Origin: a virus
IMG/VR virus record: IMGVR_UViG_3300009365_003824
Span: 41,942-105,941 of that record
Length of the DNA: 64,000 nt
Direction: 5' to 3' (one strand)
The translations under genes were made by a program, and so were the position numbers. The notes beneath the pieces were generated by a model that was given only the letters and a program-made list of their open reading frames with translations, had not been told where the DNA came from and did no database searches. The stretch's first letter is position 1; each line of letters begins with the position of its first letter. Of the stretch, positions 57,963 through 64,000 are shown piece by piece.

Positions 57963-60496
57963 TACATTTCACCCCAGTCAATGTCCTCCACGTCTTGCTC
58001 TCGACCGTAATCCAAGATTTCAAGATCATACTTCTTAATATCATCTTCACCCGCGTCAGCAATTGCTGAAGCAGCAGCACCGCCTTGTGGTTGTTGTGGT
58101 TGTGCTTCGCCTTGCGGTGGGCCACCGCCGCCTTCAGGAGCCGGTAGTCCAGGTGGTTGCTGTTGTTGTTGTTCGTCACCCAACATTGGATTAGGACCAC
58201 CTTCTTTTGCTCCAACTTCTTGTTCGGGAGGCTGTTGTGGTGCAACACCTAGAAGAATTGGATTTTGTGCCAAAACTTGAATCTTTAAATCCTCAAGTTT
58301 CTGAATTTTCAGACGAGCCAATTTCTCTTCAGCTTCTTCTGGCGTCATCTTCATCCAATCCACCATAATGTCGTAATCTGAAAAGAGTTGCGCCCCTTTT
58401 AAGTTGGTGGCATTTGCAATCCTATTAGTCACCACTTCGGCACGACTTAACTCTTTCCAATCAGAGGGCGGGGTTAAATTAATTAGCAAGTCTTCATAAG
58501 TCTCTTCGGGGAAGCCTCGCAGTTTAAGGTGTCTATCACAGATTTCCCAGATACCATCTTCAACAGATTGTTGCAGTCTTTCGATGTGTCGAGCAAATTT
58601 AACATCTTGTGCAGACAGGGTGATTCTGGTTGCGTTTGGGTCTTCATTGCTGAAGTAGTTTTTGGGGAAGTTCATGGCAGTAAACAGTTTGTTGCGGAAG
58701 TAAACTGCGTCGTCAATTTCACCCAAGTTCTGAGCACCCGGCAAGGTCTCAATTCTAGTATTGGATTGCGCACGAATGGGAATCCAGTAATCTTCATCTG
58801 CTGCTGGTGGGTGCCATCTTTCCTCTACTTGAGATGCCCCTGGCAGACCTGTCCTAGTGGATGCTACCTTTTTCTTTCTAAATTGGTCTTTAAGTCTCTC
58901 AATGAACGCTTCAGCTTTGAACGGAGGCAAAGAACCCACATCGACATAAAACACACGTCGCTCAGGAGCGCGTGTAAGTCGATAGACCACCATAGCATCT
59001 TCCATTAACCTCAATTGATGGGCAGGACCACGGGCTGCTTCGACCAAACTAACTCCATACGGGTAATAGGTTTTTCTATCGTCCCCAATTCTGACATGGA
59101 CTATTTGTTCGGGAGCAAAACGAATGGCGGTAGATTGCCTTAATTCTTGCTCAGTAGCCTGCGTTACAGGCGAGCGCGTGAGAGATTCTGTATCAGGACC
59201 ATCTTTAGACTGTTGAAATTCAATGAGGCGTCCTTTTGTCGTTTCAATACGAAATACAGACTCCGGTGGAAGCATGTTTACTTTTAATACTCCGCTTTTA
59301 GGGTCTTCCATATTCGTACAGAGTTCGCCAAACCAATCGCCAAAGATATAGAGGTTTTTAATCCAGTTCCACATACGCCGATCAAGATTAATCATTTTGC
59401 GATGGAACAGAAGAAACTCTAGCTCTTTCAACACTTCTTTGTTTGAGACTCGAATCTCACATACGTGGTCATCGTCATTCTTTTGGCAGTTGTGGAAAAC
59501 AACCGTCTCACCGCAGAAGTTTTCATGGTCTTTTACCGACAAGTCGTAGACCTTCATTTCTTTCCACGGCATCACGCCTACAACACGACGATTGCCACCA
59601 TTGGCCGTTTTTTTAGCCAGTTGATGAATTTCCTTGTAAGAAAGACCATACTTGTGCATCCAAGATTCCAAAGTCTTCCATTGGTGTCCCAGTTCTTTTG
59701 ATATTTGCTGAGTTGTTAGTCCACCACTAATAAGACGAGTGATTTTATTTACGACTTGTTCTTTGTCGTCTACCTTACCAGTTCGCCACTCATTGATGAA
59801 TTGTCGTTCATGTTTCCACCCATCAGTTTTTGTGTGGACTCTGGGGAAATGACCAGTTTTTGTCTTAGTAAGATTGTGATTAGCTGGCACCCTGTAAAAT
59901 GGCATAAGTTCATAGCCATGTCTTATGTCGCCCGCTTCAATCCATTCCCCATCAGCCGTTAATACCCTGTGGTCAAGGGTGGATATGAAATATGTGCCAT
60001 CGTCTAATAAAATCTTAACCGTTTGGTCAGTTTTCACATAACGAGGATCATAAGCCCAACCCAAAGTGTAATCATTTTTCTCGAAATCCCAACAATAAAC
60101 CAAGAACTCTTCGGTCTTGTTTTCTGCCAGCCATTCGATACTTTTAAGTCCATCGAAAAGAGTATTGATAAGAGTATCACCAGCTAAACAGGACTCATCA
60201 GCAAAGACGGTCATTGCCGTCTCAATTTCTGCTACGTTCCTTAGCCTTTCATATTCTTTATATCTACTTTGTCGATTGGTGACGGAAGACAAGTCAATGA
60301 AGTCATTGGTGTCACGCAGTCGAATCATACCTCGACCGCCACCCCAGAAACTTCCGTCTTGTCGTATGTCCGGTATCGCGTCAGGTTGACTGATACCTGC
60401 ACCTGTTAAAGGAGCGTCGTCATCTTTTTGCGATAAAGGATCTTTGGTCCCCAACGCATACTGCCACAGTTTAAAATAATCCCACCAGTTAGCCAT
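57962..60496 (-). CDS. Portal protein, T4 gp20-like, intein-containing
   Basis: QLRLMEDAMVVYRLTRAPERRVFYVDVG, EDYWIP, IETLPGAQNLGEIDD..YF..KL. Confidence 0.95.
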   Translation of the reverse strand: MANWWDYFKLWQYALGTKDPLSQKDDDAPLTGAGISQPDAIPDIRQDGSFWGGGRGMIRLRDTNDFIDLSSVTNRQSRYKEYERLRNVAEIETAMTVFADESCLAGDTLINTLFDGLKSIEWLAENKTEEFLVYCWDFEKNDYTLGWAYDPRYVKTDQTVKILLDDGTYFISTLDHRVLTADGEWIEAGDIRHGYELMPFYRVPANHNLTKTKTGHFPRVHTKTDGWKHERQFINEWRTGKVDDKEQVVNKITRLISGGLTTQQISKELGHQWKTLESWMHKYGLSYKEIHQLAKKTANGGNRRVVGVMPWKEMKVYDLSVKDHENFCGETVVFHNCQKNDDDHVCEIRVSNKEVLKELEFLLFHRKMINLDRRMWNWIKNLYIFGDWFGELCTNMEDPKSGVLKVNMLPPESVFRIETTKGRLIEFQQSKDGPDTESLTRSPVTQATEQELRQSTAIRFAPEQIVHVRIGDDRKTYYPYGVSLVEAARGPAHQLRLMEDAMVVYRLTRAPERRVFYVDVGSLPPFKAEAFIERLKDQFRKKKVASTRTGLPGASQVEERWHPPAADEDYWIPIRAQSNTRIETLPGAQNLGEIDDAVYFRNKLFTAMNFPKNYFSNEDPNATRITLSAQDVKFARHIERLQQSVEDGIWEICDRHLKLRGFPEETYEDLLINLTPPSDWKELSRAEVVTNRIANATNLKGAQLFSDYDIMVDWMKMTPEEAEEKLARLKIQKLEDLKIQVLAQNPILLGVAPQQPPEQEVGAKEGGPNPMLGDEQQQQQPPGLPAPEGGGGPPQGEAQPQQPQGGAAASAIADAGEDDIKKYDLEILDYGREQDVEDIDWGEM
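59489..60190 (-). mobile_element. Intein (234 aa) in portal
   Basis: Starts CLAGDT; block B TLDHRVL; ends VYDLSV...NF....VVFHN followed by Cys. Confidence 0.92.
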
Positions 60497-60588
60497 TTTT
60501 TACCTCAATAATCCTACACTATACTATTTTGTACAATGTAGCTACTCCTTTATATAGTAATTTTTGGCAATGAATTAGACTGGGATAT

Positions 60589-61170
60589 ATGAAACACGTC
60601 TTGTTTTTAATCAGTCATATTGGGTCCGGTTCCGATTTCTTATTTGACATTTTAAATAATAATCCTCGAATTCAAGGCTACCGAGTGCCTGTAATTTATG
60701 ACAATTACCCAATAGTTGAGCAATTAACAACGCTCCCACATAAAACAAACAACACAGCCTCTATTTGGATGGATGAGTTGTTGTTCAACTATTCGTTGGG
60801 CGATCCGCGCATGTATGACTTGTTTTCTTTCATATTCCTTGTCAGAGAAGCCAAACCTTCATTAAACGCCATCGTATCTGCTGGATATTCTCAACGAGGC
60901 GCAATGTATTATTACAAATATCGACTCAGAAGAATGTGTGAAATAGCCAAGAGAACAGCAAACGCTGTGGCTTTGACGTGGGAAGATATGACATCAGGCA
61001 AGGGCTTGCCATTAATTGAGAACTACTTGAAGTTGAAGGTGCCCCTTAAATTAAAAGAACGAGATTGGGATTACAAAAATATCGTAGAGACTCAATATGT
61101 TGATGAGGCTCAACAATCATACGAAAGACACCTGTGGTTTCTAAAACAGTTTAATCTCGTAAGAGTGTAG
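60589..61170 (+). CDS. Sulfotransferase-like protein
   Basis: SHIGSGSDFL..ILNNNPRI, FLVRE, TWED; degenerate PAPS loop. Confidence 0.55.
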   Translation: MKHVLFLISHIGSGSDFLFDILNNNPRIQGYRVPVIYDNYPIVEQLTTLPHKTNNTASIWMDELLFNYSLGDPRMYDLFSFIFLVREAKPSLNAIVSAGYSQRGAMYYYKYRLRRMCEIAKRTANAVALTWEDMTSGKGLPLIENYLKLKVPLKLKERDWDYKNIVETQYVDEAQQSYERHLWFLKQFNLVRV

Positions 61171-61561
61171 GACCATCTGCTTTAAATTGATCAAGCTCAT
61201 CTTTGAGAACGTCCGTTGCTGACTGAGTTGCTGGCTTCACCTTCATGTTCTCAAGTTTTTTCTTTTCATCTGCAATCATGTTGTCGATATTATGCATGGC
61301 CGCACTTAATTGTTCGACCGACATCTGTTGATTCTCTTGAGCCGTTGGTTGACTTATTTGAGCAGCCTCATTTGCTCGACCTTGTATTTTAGCTATGTTT
61401 TCGTTCATCTTCATTCGTCTCACTCTTTTGTTCTCAACCTTTTCCAATGAAGAAAGTGCCCAATTCAAATATGTGCGAGCTTCACTTAAAGCAAAGTCGC
61501 TAGGCATGTTGTTGATTGCCTGGACAATTAAACCTTTTACTTGACCTGTATTATTCTTCAT
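61151..61561 (-). CDS. Hypothetical coiled-coil protein
   Basis: ORF between terminase and portal. Confidence 0.6.
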   Translation of the reverse strand: MKNNTGQVKGLIVQAINNMPSDFALSEARTYLNWALSSLEKVENKRVRRMKMNENIAKIQGRANEAAQISQPTAQENQQMSVEQLSAAMHNIDNMIADEKKKLENMKVKPATQSATDVLKDELDQFKADGPTLLRD

Positions 61562-62081
61562 TCCAAACCTCTGACGATTTTTGTATCATGTCTCTCGTTA
61601 TTAGCAGTTTCTTAGAGCAGCCTATAAACTTCTCAGTTTTGTAAGCGAATACCCAGCCTTCTGGTAATTCCAACCCGGCGTAGAATCTACAGTTTTCGTA
61701 AGGATTAGTTTTATCTATTATTTCTTGTGGTATATTATCGTAGTGTGTTCCGTCATCATAGTGAGTTCTTTGAATGTGTTTTTTGCATTTCAGTGGATAA
61801 GTTATAAAATAGTCGCCATGAGTGGCAGCATATTGGATAGGGTTGTAGTATGAAATAAATTGATGGGTAAACCAAATCAATCCTTGCTCACCTTTGTTGG
61901 GATCAAGAATGAGGCGATCCCCCTCTTGCTGCAATTCATGCCGAGAACCCCGATACAAAGTTAGTGTGTACGGGATAACTTTAGGAGGATCTTGCCTCAA
62001 TTCCTTGGGTCTTGGTTTATTCTTATCGACTCCAAACATGTCTTCAAAGTCGATAGCTTCTAGCCACTGTTTAAATCTCAT
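61551..62081 (-). CDS. Putative internal head protein, possible ADP-ribosyltransferase fold
   Basis: Begins MRFKQWLEA (TAATG overlap with terminase stop); TLYRG and IWFT...YA motifs. Confidence 0.45.
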   Translation of the reverse strand: MRFKQWLEAIDFEDMFGVDKNKPRPKELRQDPPKVIPYTLTLYRGSRHELQQEGDRLILDPNKGEQGLIWFTHQFISYYNPIQYAATHGDYFITYPLKCKKHIQRTHYDDGTHYDNIPQEIIDKTNPYENCRFYAGLELPEGWVFAYKTEKFIGCSKKLLITRDMIQKSSEVWNEE

Positions 62082-64000
62082 TACCATCCAAATTCTTTTA
62101 GTAATCTGTCATATCTTCTTTTTACATTAAACACGACACCTGGAGTAACATCTTCCTTGTAGAGTTCAAAGAAATCTTCTTCCTCCTCTACCCAGTTTTC
62201 TGGGGCACCATCCCTGATTTCTTTTTTGATCTCTTCATAAATCTCTGATTTAAACACATCCATTACTTCTTTTGGCACATCTGCACCAACAGGAATATCC
62301 TTCATAATTTGATTTCTTATGTAAATCGCAATTGCAATCGCCATAATGGCATCATCATGTTTCCCTGATGATGCTTCTGCTTTTTTTCTTGAAGCATTAT
62401 AAATGAATGTTTTAAGTTCGTGTACTAATCGAGGGCTGTTGATTTTAATTCCGCCCCGTAATAACTGGTGTTGCAGTGATTCCAATACCATTGGTCTCAA
62501 TATTTGGGTAGTTTTAATGCCTATTGCATTCTTTTTCCCTGGTTCCATATACAGGTTTTCATACATCATAGTGTCTCTCAAACCTGCAATAACAGCGCCA
62601 CCGGAAGGAGCGTTGTTTTCCACTACCACCTTGCAACTATTAAAGTAAATGCCAACTTCGTTAATCACTTGGCAAAAAATATGAGGCGGAATTCGGTTGC
62701 TATAAAACTCAGCAACTTGTTCCATAGTGGCATCATCTAAAATCTGAAAACTACTATTATCACCATCATTGCCAACCCCATCAGCAGAATCAACAGCCAT
62801 TGTGTATTCATGGCCATCAACTGGTTCTTTCCAAATCCACAATGCGCCTCGTTCTGATATAAAATCTTCTATATCTTCATGTTCATTGCACCATTCGGGG
62901 AATTTAACTCTTAGTGGTTCTCTTTTAGACACTTCTTTGTCTAGTTCTGCGATTACTTTACCGGGGATATAAGTTTCACCAGAACCTAGAAAGGAGCGCA
63001 TTACTTCTTGCGCCCACCCTTTCTCTCCTAGCTGGACACGTTGATCTTCTACCCATTTGGGGTCATTATAATCTGGGTGTTCCCAGTAATCTAATTCGAT
63101 AATATGCCATCTGTTTTTGCCAGCTTCGGCTCTATAATAAGTTTCTTGATACCAGTTACCGAGACCATTAACCGTGGAAATAGCGATACAATTACCACCA
63201 GTAGAAAGTGTCGGATACATAGCTTTCCAGTGTTTGTCCATATCTGGAATGTGCGCGGCTTCGTCCAAAATCATATAAGTTAATGCTTTGGAACGAGCAG
63301 CTTCAGGGCCTTGGAATTCAATTTGACCACCAGTAGTAACGAATTGTTTTACGTGGTCATTATCTTTGCCCATTTCAGGCTTCATCCATGTGGGAAGCCA
63401 ATCAATAGCACGACCAATCATACCAGCAGAAGTCATAGCTTCACGGTCAGTTTTCGACATAACCATCAGAGCTTGATCTCTGCGGTACATGCATCTCCAT
63501 AAACCCCAAATAGCAGTTACGGTTGTCAATCCAGCTTGACGCATTTTGGAGATGATATTAAATCGGTGATTGTCATACTCATCAATAACTCGCCTTTGAT
63601 AATTATAAAGAATGAATGGCACTAAACCACGTTTCGGGTGGAAAATCTTAACGTATCGGTGGGTAAAATATGGGAAACTGTGAATACATTTCACGATTTC
63701 CTCTTGTTGCCTTGCTAATTTCCACTGTTGCACTTCTAGCGAATCCTTTTGACGATCCACCGTCCATTCTTCCGGTTCTTCATCAGGATCTATCGTTAGT
63801 TCTTCTTTTGTAAATGTAAAATATGGGAATTCTTTGCCTGCGTAAGGTCCAGCAGTGATTGGCCTTAAGGTCACAGGGTCAAGAATCTTATACATTTTAG
63901 AAGAATACACATCTTGGTAGTATTCTTCTAAAGAAGCATAGCTCCCCCTCCATAGAGAATTTTCCACGTCATATTCCTTGTTTAAATAATAATTTCTCAT
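62081..64000 (-). CDS. Terminase large subunit, T4 gp17-like
   Basis: KMRQAGLTT, ILDEAA, ISTVNG, AVDSADG, VENN, HDDAIMA. Confidence 0.95.
   Translation of the reverse strand: MRNYYLNKEYDVENSLWRGSYASLEEYYQDVYSSKMYKILDPVTLRPITAGPYAGKEFPYFTFTKEELTIDPDEEPEEWTVDRQKDSLEVQQWKLARQQEEIVKCIHSFPYFTHRYVKIFHPKRGLVPFILYNYQRRVIDEYDNHRFNIISKMRQAGLTTVTAIWGLWRCMYRRDQALMVMSKTDREAMTSAGMIGRAIDWLPTWMKPEMGKDNDHVKQFVTTGGQIEFQGPEAARSKALTYMILDEAAHIPDMDKHWKAMYPTLSTGGNCIAISTVNGLGNWYQETYYRAEAGKNRWHIIELDYWEHPDYNDPKWVEDQRVQLGEKGWAQEVMRSFLGSGETYIPGKVIAELDKEVSKREPLRVKFPEWCNEHEDIEDFISERGALWIWKEPVDGHEYTMAVDSADGVGNDGDNSSFQILDDATMEQVAEFYSNRIPPHIFCQVINEVGIYFNSCKVVVENNAPSGGAVIAGLRDTMMYENLYMEPGKKNAIGIKTTQILRPMVLESLQHQLLRGGIKINSPRLVHELKTFIYNASRKKAEASSGKHDDAIMAIAIAIYIRNQIMKDIPVGADVPKEVMDVFKSEIYEEIKKEIRDGAPENWVEEEEDFFELYKEDVTPGVVFNVKRRYDRLLKEFGW

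Noticed and set aside
1-64000. tRNA/rRNA genes, integrase or IS elements
   Set aside because: None recognised by eye; a covariance-model scan would be needed to exclude tRNAs fully

Overview
This is a 64-kb, AT-rich segment of a large T4-like (jumbo-type) dsDNA phage. The right end carries a minus-strand head module: terminase large subunit, intein-containing portal, an unknown core protein, gp21-like prohead protease, gp22-like scaffold and gp23-like major capsid protein. A second, shortened capsid paralogue lies at 41-42 kb. The rest is accessory: (i) many glycan-building and modifying enzymes (glycosyltransferases, nucleotidyltransferases, a heptose epimerase-like enzyme, five sulfotransferase-like genes, methyltransferases); (ii) four DNA methyltransferases with three candidate restriction-type nucleases, plus a family-4 UDG; (iii) homing-endonuclease-like genes; (iv) host-like regulators (PAS, McsA, Smr, thioredoxin, subtilase, T7 gp0.7-like kinase); (v) about 16 ORFs that begin with a T4 capsid-targeting-like peptide. 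The most unusual locus is a five-gene operon at 42305-47308: a methyltransferase-fold-like protein, an SF2 helicase, and three tandem proteins built from 12 variable helical repeats. All three repeat proteins start with the same 20-residue peptide, which appears to complete a domain begun at the helicase C-terminus. No tRNA, rRNA or CRISPR array was recognised. All assignments are by eye from motifs; no database searches were run.
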